From Gemmatimonadota bacterium (GTDB lineage Bacteria; Gemmatimonadota; Gemmatimonadetes; Longimicrobiales; Gaopeijiaceae), in NCBI GenBank assembly GCA_034521595.1, contig JAXHMG010000003.1, positions 480,001 to 544,000 on the forward strand: DNA of 64,000 nt. Reading direction: 5' to 3'. The position numbers and the translations under genes are program-made. Under the pieces are notes generated by a model. That model did not search any database. It was not told the DNA's origin and worked only from the letters and a program-made list of their open reading frames with translations. This document shows, piece by piece, positions 9,899 to 18,897 of the stretch (position 1 is its first letter; every line of letters starts with the position of its first letter).

Positions 9899-10386
9899 AC
9901 GACTTCTCCCGCCGAGACGGCCTCGGCGAATCGTTGCTCTGCTCGTGACAGGAGGGTGCCCACCGATGTGGAGGCGACGTCGATCGCCGCGGCGATCTCC
10001 TTGTAGCTGAATCCGGAATAGCGCATCAGGAGGATCTCTTTGTCGCGCGGGGAAAGAGCGTCGAGCGCCTCACGGACGATGGCCCTCGTCTCGTCGCGCT
10101 CGAGCGTCCGGTCGGGCGTCTCGAGCGCGACGGGTCGCACGGGGTGCCGCTCCAGGAGTCGTTGTCGGTTCGTATCCACACGGTACCGGTCTCGCACGAG
10201 GTGAGTGGCCGTCTTGTAGAGCCAAGCTCGAACGCCCGACTCGCTCCCGGAGATCCTTCGGTCGAAGAGCCGGACCATGGCCTCTTGGGCGATATCCTCC
10301 GCCGTGTCGCCGTCCCCCGTAAGGCGCTGCACGTAACGCACCAAGCCCGGGTAGTGCTCGTCGAACACCGCGTCGAAGTCGACCAT
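9895..10386 (-). CDS. ECF RNA polymerase sigma factor
   Basis: AEDIAQEAMVRL, AWLYKTATH, GFSYKEIA, VGTLLSRA. Confidence 0.9.
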   Translation of the reverse strand: MVDFDAVFDEHYPGLVRYVQRLTGDGDTAEDIAQEAMVRLFDRRISGSESGVRAWLYKTATHLVRDRYRVDTNRQRLLERHPVRPVALETPDRTLERDETRAIVREALDALSPRDKEILLMRYSGFSYKEIAAAIDVASTSVGTLLSRAEQRFAEAVSAGEVV

Positions 10387-10478
10387 GAGTCGGTTGGAGT
10401 CGCTCAATGTGGCCCTCCGGGCCACGGAATGGATGGTACCCGGCCCTGCGCCCCGGGTGTTCCCGCTTCCTGGTCCAT

Positions 10479-10506
10479 GAACGACCGAGGCGCGTCGTCT
10501 GTGACG
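10479..10506 (-). promoter_or_regulatory. Candidate ECF-type promoter (GTCACA-N16-CGTT)
   Basis: Minus strand CGTCACA gacgacgcgcctcggt CGTTC, ~95 nt upstream of the ECF gene. Confidence 0.35.
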
Positions 10507-10511
10507 GGGGG

Positions 10512-11723
10512 TCAGTCCGTGGCGAGATTCGGGGACTCGACGGAGGGCCGCTTTTCGAGAACCCGGTCGGCGAAGAGGGCCCGATCGAAGAACCGGAGGA
10601 GCGGTGCGGAGATCGACCCGACGCCCGCTGCCGCCAGCGCCGCCCCGAGCCCGTCGGGCAGCGCCACCGGTCCGAAGAGGCCGCTGGCGAGGAGAACCTC
10701 GAGCACCGTCGCGGCCAGTAGGAGGGTCATGCTCAGCAGGGCACCACCCGCGATGCGTCGGGTGAGCCGCAACGCATCCACTCTCTCCGGAGCGAGCTGG
10801 GTGCCCGCGAGCCCGAGAACGAACCCGAGGGCGCCGAGGTCGAGGAGGAGGGGGCGCCACGCCCGGGCCGGCTCCGGCCAAGAGGTGACCGAGAGGAGGA
10901 TGTTGCCCGCGATGACGAGCATCACGGTGGTGACGAGCGCGGACACGGCCGCGACGAGCCACCACATCTTGTGACGGTCGGTCGGGCTGGACCGGATCCA
11001 GGAGTCACGGAGGTTCAGCACGACCGTCGTGGCCGCGGCGACACGTAGCAGGTCCATGAAGGGACTGAGGCCGGCGTCCGAGACGGGTGCGCCTCGACCG
11101 ATGCTCGTACCGACGAGAACGATCGGAAACACGACGGCGACGCCCCAAACCAGCTCGGCTCTCAGAAGTCCGGTGCGGAGCGGACGCAGCGAGGACGCCA
11201 ACAGCGAGCCCTCCGCGCTCGACGCGAGGCTCCGCTCGTCCAGGGCCCTTGGAAAGAGGGTCGTGAAGCGCACCAGCCCGGCCAGGCCGAGGGTCTCGAC
11301 GAGGAGGAAATGCCCTTCGAAGGCGAGCCGGGCCGTGCCGGGAGCCGGCCGGAAGAGGAGCACCGTCCCGGGGTAGGCGAGGATGTAGCTCCACGCGGCG
11401 ATCGCGAGGGCGAGGCCACGTCGCTCGGGTCGATCCACCTGATTCCGGAAGACGATCAGAAGCGCCACCGCCGCCGAGCTCACGGACAAGAGGCCGTTGG
11501 CGGCTACTACGGTGATCAAGTTCGGCGTGGCTCGCGGGCCCCACAGCTCACCCGGAGTGAGTACGCGCCACGTCAGCGCATCCATGTACGTCCACTGTCC
11601 CGCTACCGCGACGGCGGCGAGCAGGAGCACGAGCACGCGGACGACGACCGTGCTCGAAGGGATGGACGAACCTCGTTGGAAAGGCACGGTGCCAAGGTGC
11701 ATCAGGGTCCGTGGTCGCCACAA
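10512..11723 (-). CDS. Polytopic membrane protein, unknown function
   Basis: Many hydrophobic helices; start uncertain. Confidence 0.7.
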   Translation of the reverse strand: MWRPRTLMHLGTVPFQRGSSIPSSTVVVRVLVLLLAAVAVAGQWTYMDALTWRVLTPGELWGPRATPNLITVVAANGLLSVSSAAVALLIVFRNQVDRPERRGLALAIAAWSYILAYPGTVLLFRPAPGTARLAFEGHFLLVETLGLAGLVRFTTLFPRALDERSLASSAEGSLLASSLRPLRTGLLRAELVWGVAVVFPIVLVGTSIGRGAPVSDAGLSPFMDLLRVAAATTVVLNLRDSWIRSSPTDRHKMWWLVAAVSALVTTVMLVIAGNILLSVTSWPEPARAWRPLLLDLGALGFVLGLAGTQLAPERVDALRLTRRIAGGALLSMTLLLAATVLEVLLASGLFGPVALPDGLGAALAAAGVGSISAPLLRFFDRALFADRVLEKRPSVESPNLATD

Positions 11724-11861
11724 GCACGAAAAACGGTGGGCTCCGCCGGAACCGGGGGCTGTCCGGGCCGGCCCCGCTCCCCGCGACCGGGTCCTGTGAG
11801 TTGCGTGGTGCCGCTCCAGGGTGACATTTCAAGGTACCGAAGCCTATAGCCGGAGTGATAC

Positions 11862-13631
11862 ATGATCAGGTTCGTTCGTTCGTCGTGCGTGGTGTCGTTC
11901 CTTCTCCTCGCGGTCTTGGCCTTACCCGTCGAGCAAGCCTCCGCGCAGGCGGGTTCGCTCGTGGGCCCGGACGGGGAGGTCGATTGGAATCGTTTCTACA
12001 CGGCGTCCGAAACGAACCAGATTCTGGCCGAGTTCCACCGGCTCTACCCGGAGCTGACCGAGCTCTACTCGATTGGTGAGAGCATCTACGGGCAGCCCCT
12101 CATGGTCATCGAGATCACCAACGAGGCGACGGGGCCGGCTTCGGAGAAGCCTGCGCTCTACGTGGACGGAGGAATCCACGCCCAGGAGCTCACCGGGTCG
12201 TCGGTGGCCACGCATGCCATCGGATACCTCCTGAACGGGTACGGAGAGGACGCCCGGATCACGCGGCTTCTGGATGAGCGGGCCTTCTATGTGCGCCCGA
12301 AGTTCAATCCGGACGGCTCGGACCTCGTGCTCATCGAAGACCAGTTCATGCGCAGCACGCCGCGACCCGTGGACGAGGACGAGGATGGCGTCGCGGACGA
12401 GGATCCGCCCCAGGATCTCAACGGGGACGGGTGGATCACGCATATCCGGTACCCCGACCCCGAGGGGGACTGGGTCGTCGATCCCGACGACGACCGAATC
12501 CTGATCGAGGACGAGGACGGTGAGCTCCCGGGTGACCGGTATACCCGGATCCGCGAAGGGATCGACAACGACGGTGACGGCCTGATCAACGAGGACGGCA
12601 TCGGTGGCATCGACATGAATCGCAACTTCCCGCGGAACTGGGAGCGGTGGCATCTGCAGCCCGGGTCCGGGGATTATCCGCTCTCCGAGCCCGAGACGCG
12701 AGCGGCCGTCGAGTTCATCAACGCCCACCGAAACATCACGGGCGTTTATCACGGGCATACGTCCGGCGGCTTCGTTTATCGGCTCCCGTCGGCCGTGTCG
12801 CCGCCCGACTTCCCGGAAGTGGATCTGGGTCTGATCGTGGACCTCGGAGAAGAGTACACGAGGTCCACCGGACGACCGGTGGTCCCCAGCTCGACGCACC
12901 CCACCGAGCACCGTTACGGGACGTTGATCTCCTGGGCCTACTGGGACCAGGGCGTGATCGGCTGGGTGCCGGAGTTCTCACCGGGGCCCGAGGCATGGGT
13001 GACCGACTACGACGGCGACGGTGAGATCAGTGAAGCCGAGCAGCACCGCTTCAACGACGAAGGGCTCGACGGGCGCTATTTCGTGGATTGGGAGTCTTAC
13101 GACCACCCGGATCTCGGCCCGGTCGAGATCGGAGGGTGGCTGACGAAGTTCTGGGGCCAGAATCCTCCGCCGGAGTTCCTGGAGGACGAAACATCCCAGC
13201 AGATGCACTGGATCCTGTATCTGGCCGAACAGTCTCCGATGCTCGAGCTGAGCACGCCGACCGTCACCGCCCGGGGTGACGGTACCTACCTCGTCGAGGC
13301 GACCCTCACCAACGAAGGGTACCTCCCCACGAGCATCACCGACCGCGGGGTGGTCGGACGCGAGCGAGAGGACGGCACGCTCGAGCGTCAGGTCGTGCGG
13401 CCGCCGAGCCTCTCGCTCGAGTTCCGTGGACTGGAACTCGTCGAAGGACGGCCCCGGATCGCCATCGAGCATCTGGCCGGAACCAACACCCTGCTCGAGG
13501 AGCTGGACGAGCGCAGCCGATCGGTGAGCTGGGTCGTGCGACCGACCACCGAGGGCCCGGGCGCGCTTCGCGTCGTGGCGGAAGCCGACAAGGGTGGCGT
13601 GGTTCGGAGTGAGTGGATCGAGGCTCCCTGA
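11862..13631 (+). CDS. Secreted M14 zinc carboxypeptidase with acidic Ca-binding-like insert
   Basis: Signal peptide; GIHAQE, NPDG, DMNRNF, LSEPETRA, YHGHT; DxDxDG repeats. Confidence 0.88.
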   Translation: MIRFVRSSCVVSFLLLAVLALPVEQASAQAGSLVGPDGEVDWNRFYTASETNQILAEFHRLYPELTELYSIGESIYGQPLMVIEITNEATGPASEKPALYVDGGIHAQELTGSSVATHAIGYLLNGYGEDARITRLLDERAFYVRPKFNPDGSDLVLIEDQFMRSTPRPVDEDEDGVADEDPPQDLNGDGWITHIRYPDPEGDWVVDPDDDRILIEDEDGELPGDRYTRIREGIDNDGDGLINEDGIGGIDMNRNFPRNWERWHLQPGSGDYPLSEPETRAAVEFINAHRNITGVYHGHTSGGFVYRLPSAVSPPDFPEVDLGLIVDLGEEYTRSTGRPVVPSSTHPTEHRYGTLISWAYWDQGVIGWVPEFSPGPEAWVTDYDGDGEISEAEQHRFNDEGLDGRYFVDWESYDHPDLGPVEIGGWLTKFWGQNPPPEFLEDETSQQMHWILYLAEQSPMLELSTPTVTARGDGTYLVEATLTNEGYLPTSITDRGVVGREREDGTLERQVVRPPSLSLEFRGLELVEGRPRIAIEHLAGTNTLLEELDERSRSVSWVVRPTTEGPGALRVVAEADKGGVVRSEWIEAP

Positions 13632-13745
13632 GGCGGGGGGCGGCTCGTGGGGCTCGCCGCCGCCGCGCGCCGACTTTAGACTTGGGGCGGTCGGGGCTCC
13701 GAGCCGAGGTCGGAGTCGAGATCGTCCTACTTCACCGGGCGTGGA

Positions 13746-15542
13746 ATGCGCTTCGCATATATCGATTCTCAGGGCAACGAAGTGGGGATTCCGAGCGTGG
13801 ATGCCCTGGCGCTGCGCATCGAGCTCGGAGCCATCGGTCCGGAGACGCAGCTCTACGACGCGCAGGCGGATCGCTGGGCGCCGGCGGAGTCGCACGAGAT
13901 CTTCCATACGTTGTCGCGGGACCTCGCGGGCGACGACTTCGTGTTGCCCGAGCCTCCGACACCATCCCCGGGACCGGCCACGCCGGAGCCCGACGCACCC
14001 GTGGAACCGGAGGAAGGGTCTGACGCGGAGTCGGGAGATGACGGATCGGCCCCGCCCGATGAGGGCCTACCCGCCTTGGCCGACGACTTCGAGCTCACCC
14101 TCGTGCCGACCGACGGGCCGGCAGCCGCTCCGGAAGGCGATCCCGAGCCGTGGGGTGGACTTTCCGAGGCCCCGGACGAGGACGCCGACGACGACTCGGA
14201 AGACACCGCCGCGAGCGCCGACCTCCCCCTGGACCTGACCCCCATGGAGTCGGCCGGGCCCACCGATAGCGGTGACCCCGACCACGTCGGCGACACCGAC
14301 GACGCCGGAGCCACGGCGCTGCCCCCGGACACCCCATCGGCGGCCGAAGAGGCGTTCGAGGACGCCCCGTTCGATTTCGGGATGCCCCCACCCGAGGAAG
14401 ACGACGGCGCGCTCGAGCTCGAGGCCCCGCTGAGCTTCGACGGGGAGCCGACGGAGGAGGAGGACATGGCGGGCGGGCTGGATCTGGAACCACCCATGTC
14501 GGATTTCGACCCTTCGGCACCTCCCGCTTGGATGGCAGAGGGTGGTCCGGCGCGGGAGGACGACCCGGCTGGAGCTGATCAGGATCACGAGCCGGTGCTG
14601 GATTTCTCGGACGGTATGGAGGGGCGTCCGGATATGGGTGGGGGATCCGCGTCGCCGGCACCATCCGCCGCCGAAGGACGGATTCCGGACAGTGAGGTGG
14701 AACCCGGATCGGTCCCGCAGAGGCCCGGGCGTCGGCCGGAAGGTGCGGCGCGGCCCGCGGCTCGCCGTCCCTCGAGAAGGAAGCGGCGCTCGCGCACACC
14801 TCTCGCCGTCTTCCTACTCATGGCCGCGCTCGGAGCCGGGGGCTGGTACGGGTGGCAGACGTTCGGGGAGCGCGTCGCTCCGCCGCCACCCAGGCCGCCG
14901 GTCGTGATACCGGACATTCCGGCTGAGCTCGAGCCGCCCATGCGGGACATGGCCGAAGCGGCGCTGCCCCTGATGTTCGAGCGAATCGAATCCCGCACGT
15001 TCGGGGATGGAGAGCCGGCCGCGCCGAGCGAGGAGTGGCTGGCCGGTGTGTATCTCGGCAACGCGAGCCGGTTCGCGTCGGTGGAGACGTTCTGGGCCGG
15101 AATCGCCGAGCTCGCGACCAGGCTCGGAGAGGAGGAGGTGGAGGTGTTTCACGAAACCTTCACCGCGCTCGCGGATTCGTCGGAGCTGACATCCGAATCC
15201 GTGGGTCAGGTCGTGGAACGCGCGGATTCGGGTTTCATGGCCACCCGGCCCGCACGGCTCGAAGTCTACGACCTCCTGCGCACGGTCGCGGACGCCTCGT
15301 TGGACCTGCACGCTTTCTTGCTCACCCATGAAAGCGAGATCTCGTACACCCCGGCGAGGGGCTTCTCGGGCAATCCCATCGAGGAGGTCGTGCCCGCGAC
15401 CGAGGAGGTCGGGGATCGGATGTGGGACTTGGTCGAGAACATCACGAGCGCGCTCGATGCCCTCGGGTCTCTCGATCGCGTCACGCGGGTCCGTCTCTCG
15501 ACGGTGGTGTTGGAGCGAATCGAGGAGATCGGAATCCGTTGA
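13746..15542 (+). CDS. Bitopic membrane protein with GYF_2-like N-terminus and long acidic linker
   Basis: GAIGPETQLYD..RWAPA N-terminal domain, D/E/P-rich region, RRPSRRKRR then TM, helical C-terminal domain. Confidence 0.7.
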   Translation: MRFAYIDSQGNEVGIPSVDALALRIELGAIGPETQLYDAQADRWAPAESHEIFHTLSRDLAGDDFVLPEPPTPSPGPATPEPDAPVEPEEGSDAESGDDGSAPPDEGLPALADDFELTLVPTDGPAAAPEGDPEPWGGLSEAPDEDADDDSEDTAASADLPLDLTPMESAGPTDSGDPDHVGDTDDAGATALPPDTPSAAEEAFEDAPFDFGMPPPEEDDGALELEAPLSFDGEPTEEEDMAGGLDLEPPMSDFDPSAPPAWMAEGGPAREDDPAGADQDHEPVLDFSDGMEGRPDMGGGSASPAPSAAEGRIPDSEVEPGSVPQRPGRRPEGAARPAARRPSRRKRRSRTPLAVFLLMAALGAGGWYGWQTFGERVAPPPPRPPVVIPDIPAELEPPMRDMAEAALPLMFERIESRTFGDGEPAAPSEEWLAGVYLGNASRFASVETFWAGIAELATRLGEEEVEVFHETFTALADSSELTSESVGQVVERADSGFMATRPARLEVYDLLRTVADASLDLHAFLLTHESEISYTPARGFSGNPIEEVVPATEEVGDRMWDLVENITSALDALGSLDRVTRVRLSTVVLERIEEIGIR

Positions 15543-15588
15543 CGGCTCCGCCAGACTTCTGCCACGGGCTGTTGGCGAGCGTGCCGAT

Positions 15589-16473
15589 CTACATCGCCCA
15601 GGGAACGAGCAGTGGAGGCTCTTCCATCTGTCGCTCGCGCACCATCCGACGTGCGCCGAGGTCGTAGATGTCACCGGGGCTCAACCACCGCAGCGGGATG
15701 AGCATCGAAGGATCCGTGACGTCGTAGACGACGACCTGATTGCCCATGACTCTCGCGAAGTCCCGGGTAATGATGAGCGCCGCACCTTCGTTCAGCCCTA
15801 GGCCGAGAAGGTGAGGCTTCGTACTGAGGACCTGGAGCAGGTCTTCCTCGCGTCCGCGAGCGACCAGGTGCTGGTCGATGGCCACGTTACGCAGGAACCC
15901 GAAGCCCTCTTCGCGCTCGGGCGTTGCCACCACGTCGTTCTCCTCGCCACCACGCACCAGGAACGAGGCAAGAGCCGAGGCTCCCGCCGAGTTACCCCCG
16001 ACGATCCCTCCGCGCGCCAGCACGTTACGAAGCTCGGTGTGCGTTCGGGTGTTCAGGTAGGGATCCACGAGTCGCCACTGACGCCCTCCCGAGAGCCATA
16101 CCCCGGTCGCTTTCCGGAGGGGCGCCGCGAATGCGTCGAGATCGGCGATGGCGCGATTCCGTGTATGGAGGACCTCGAGCCGAGTGACGCCGGCGTCCCG
16201 CAGCCGTTCGAGAGCCGCCCACCCGTCGTGTCGGCCGTACTCCACGCCCGCCGTCGGGATCAATACGATGCGGGCCTCGCTGCCGCCCGCCAAACGCACG
16301 AACTCCTCGTAAACTTCGTCCCCGAGAGTGCCACCACCCGCCGCCATCACCGCACCCCGAAGCGGACCGACACAGGGGCTCCCGCATGACTGCGCCGGGA
16401 GGCCGGTCGCGGCCCCGAAGATCATCGGGACGGCCACCGCCGGGCCGAACAGCCTCGCGGGGAGTGGGGGCAT
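15589..16473 (-). CDS. Cyanophycinase-like S51 peptidase, probably exported
   Basis: IVLIPTA, VWLSGGRQWRL, GGNSAGAS, IDQH; N-terminal signal-like peptide. Confidence 0.85.
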   Translation of the reverse strand: MPPLPARLFGPAVAVPMIFGAATGLPAQSCGSPCVGPLRGAVMAAGGGTLGDEVYEEFVRLAGGSEARIVLIPTAGVEYGRHDGWAALERLRDAGVTRLEVLHTRNRAIADLDAFAAPLRKATGVWLSGGRQWRLVDPYLNTRTHTELRNVLARGGIVGGNSAGASALASFLVRGGEENDVVATPEREEGFGFLRNVAIDQHLVARGREEDLLQVLSTKPHLLGLGLNEGAALIITRDFARVMGNQVVVYDVTDPSMLIPLRWLSPGDIYDLGARRMVRERQMEEPPLLVPWAM

Positions 16474-16486
16474 GGTTCGTTCGCGG

Positions 16487-17086
16487 TTACAGGTAGGGGT
16501 TCTCTCCCGACTCGTGATCCGTCACGTCGTGCACGGCGGCGAGCTCGGGCACGGCTTCTCTCAACATGCGCTCGACACCCTGGCGGAGCGTCATGCGGGA
16601 GAGCGCGCACCCCTGACAGCCGCCGCTCATCTCCACGTAGACGTCTTTGTCCTGCACGTCGATCAGCGAAATGACCCCGCCGTGGGCCGCGATGGCCGGG
16701 TTCACTTGCGCGTCGAGCACGCTGCGCACGCGTTCGGCGATCTCGCCGGTGGGGGGCTCGCTCGGACGGCTCCGAGGCTCGGGAGTAGCGACCTTGACCT
16801 CGAATCCACTCTCATTGACGCGCTCGACGTAGTCGATCGTCGCTCCGTCGAGCCGATCCGCGTCCTCCGAGCGAATGAGGACGCCGAAGTCCTCGTCGGT
16901 CAGCTCCACTTCGTCGTCGTCACGCTCTTCACGCTTCACGAGCGTCAGGTCGAAGCGGGGAGCCGTCGCGTCGTCGGTCATCGAGATCCGCAGCGCTTCG
17001 AGCTCCCCCCCGTTCTGAGACAGAAAGGAGCGTACCATCTCTCGGGCGCGATCCGTGAAGGTGATCGTCGTCACAGTTGGTTCCAC
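16487..17086 (-). CDS. nfuA: Fe-S carrier NfuA (degenerate A-type domain + NifU-C domain)
   Basis: GATIDYVE, VNPAIAAHGG, GGCQGC, DVTDHESGENPY. Confidence 0.9.
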   Translation of the reverse strand: MEPTVTTITFTDRAREMVRSFLSQNGGELEALRISMTDDATAPRFDLTLVKREERDDDEVELTDEDFGVLIRSEDADRLDGATIDYVERVNESGFEVKVATPEPRSRPSEPPTGEIAERVRSVLDAQVNPAIAAHGGVISLIDVQDKDVYVEMSGGCQGCALSRMTLRQGVERMLREAVPELAAVHDVTDHESGENPYL

Positions 17087-17296
17087 CGGTTCCCGTGTCG
17101 TGTGTTGCTATCGTCGTATTCTACCTACCCCTAGAGATTCGTCGAGGTTCGCCCCGGTCCTTTGATGGCCCCGAGCGAACCCCCACGTCCTGTGGGGTCC
17201 GTACGGGCGTTGATCGGCCTTGAGGGGGCGGGTACCTTTCGCGCCGGCCGCAGGCCCCCCTGTCGACCCCCTGACCGCAGCAATCCGAGGCGTCTC

Positions 17297-18616
17297 ATGG
17301 CGAACGTGGACTTGATGGACAAGCTCGTGTCACTCGCGAAGCGGCGTGGCTACATCTTTCAGTCCTCGGAGATATACGGCGGCGCGGGCTCTGTTTGGGA
17401 CTATGGCCCGCTCGGTGTGGAGCTGAAACGGAACCTGAAGGATCTCTGGTGGTCCGCCATGGTGCACCGGCGGGATGATATCGAGGGACTCGACGCGGCG
17501 ATCCTGATGCATCCCCGGGTTTGGGAAGCCTCCGGACACGTCGAGGGGTTCACGGATCCGCTCATCGAGTGTGGAAATTGTCACCGGCGTTTCCGGGCGG
17601 ACATCCCGGAGGTCGCCGAAGGTCAGTGCCCGACGTGCGGGACGCGTGACGCGTTCAAGGAGCCCCGGCAGTTCAACTTGATGTTCAAGACGCACATGGG
17701 GCCGGTGGAAGATTCGTCGGCCGCGGTGTATCTGCGCCCCGAAACGGCCCAGGGCATCTACGTGAACTTCCTCAACGTCCAGGGCACGGCGCGCCGGAAG
17801 CTTCCGTTCGGGATCGCGCAGATCGGGAAGGCGTTCCGGAACGAGATCACGCCGGGCAACTTCATCTTTCGGACTCGAGAGTTCGAGCAGGCCGAGATGC
17901 AGTTCTTCGTGAAGCCGGGCGAAGACGAGGAGTGGTTCGAGCGGTGGATGGATGTGCGCATGGCCTGGCACGAGGAGCTCGGCATCGACTCGGACAAGCT
18001 CCGGTTCCACGAGCACGGCCCCGACGAGCTCGCGCACTATGCGAAGAAGGCGTTCGACATCGAGTACGAGTTCCCGTTCGGGTGGAAAGAGTTCGAAGGC
18101 ATCCACAACCGCACGGACTTCGATCTCTCCCGACATCAGGAGTATTCCGGTAAGCGGCTCGAGTACATCGACCCGGTGTCGAACGAGCGGTACATCCCCT
18201 ATGTCATCGAGACGTCCATGGGCGTGGACCGTGCGCTACTCGTTCTCCTCGCGGATGCGTTCCGGGAGGAGGAGGTCGAGGGTGAGGAGCGCGTCGTGCT
18301 GAGCCTGGATCCGCGGGTTGCGCCCGTGAAGGCCGCGATCTTCCCCTTGGTGAAGAAGGACGGGCTCCCCGAGAAGGCCGAGCGCCTGACGCATGCCCTC
18401 AAGGCCGCCGGAATTCCTTCCTTCTACGACCACGCGGGCTCGATCGGCCGGAGATACCGGCGCCAGGACGAAGCGGGCACGCCCTGGTGCGTGACGGTGG
18501 ATGGCGAGACGAACGAGGACGACACGGTCACGATCCGTGACCGGGACACGCTCGAACAGGTTCGGGTCTCCACGGACAAGGTCGTCGCTTGGGTACGCGA
18601 GCGTCTCACCGGGTAA
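17297..18616 (+). CDS. glyQS: Glycine--tRNA ligase, homodimeric class IIa type
   Basis: KRRGYIFQSSEIYGG, YLRPETAQG, FRNEITPGNFIFRTREFEQ, SIGRRYRRQDEAGTP. Confidence 0.95.
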   Translation: MANVDLMDKLVSLAKRRGYIFQSSEIYGGAGSVWDYGPLGVELKRNLKDLWWSAMVHRRDDIEGLDAAILMHPRVWEASGHVEGFTDPLIECGNCHRRFRADIPEVAEGQCPTCGTRDAFKEPRQFNLMFKTHMGPVEDSSAAVYLRPETAQGIYVNFLNVQGTARRKLPFGIAQIGKAFRNEITPGNFIFRTREFEQAEMQFFVKPGEDEEWFERWMDVRMAWHEELGIDSDKLRFHEHGPDELAHYAKKAFDIEYEFPFGWKEFEGIHNRTDFDLSRHQEYSGKRLEYIDPVSNERYIPYVIETSMGVDRALLVLLADAFREEEVEGEERVVLSLDPRVAPVKAAIFPLVKKDGLPEKAERLTHALKAAGIPSFYDHAGSIGRRYRRQDEAGTPWCVTVDGETNEDDTVTIRDRDTLEQVRVSTDKVVAWVRERLTG

Positions 18617-18897
18617 GCGTCCGCGCCGGGTGAGCTCGCGGGGTCTCCGGACCTCGCTACATGGCGATCGGCAACCGACTGTCTCGGGGGATGCCGCGGA
18701 GGCGAGCCCTTGCCGCCCGCCAGAGCGTCCGTGCACTATGCGCTCCCGCGCAAGCACATGATGCTCGCACTCGGCGCGCGTCTTCGGGCTCGTTCGTTGT
18801 CGCACGCAAGGGAATGCAGTAGCGCACGTCCGAGCTCGAGACGGTGGAATAAACCGACGCGACGACCTTCCCGACCTCAATCGCACGGGAGACAGAC

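Noticed and set aside
12360-12610. Repeated GACGAGGAC-like units
   Set aside because: These encode DxDxDG loops of the M14 peptidase; not a CRISPR or DNA repeat
18617-18897. Possible riboswitch or T-box ahead of the NSS transporter
   Set aside because: No recognisable aptamer, T-box or terminator motif
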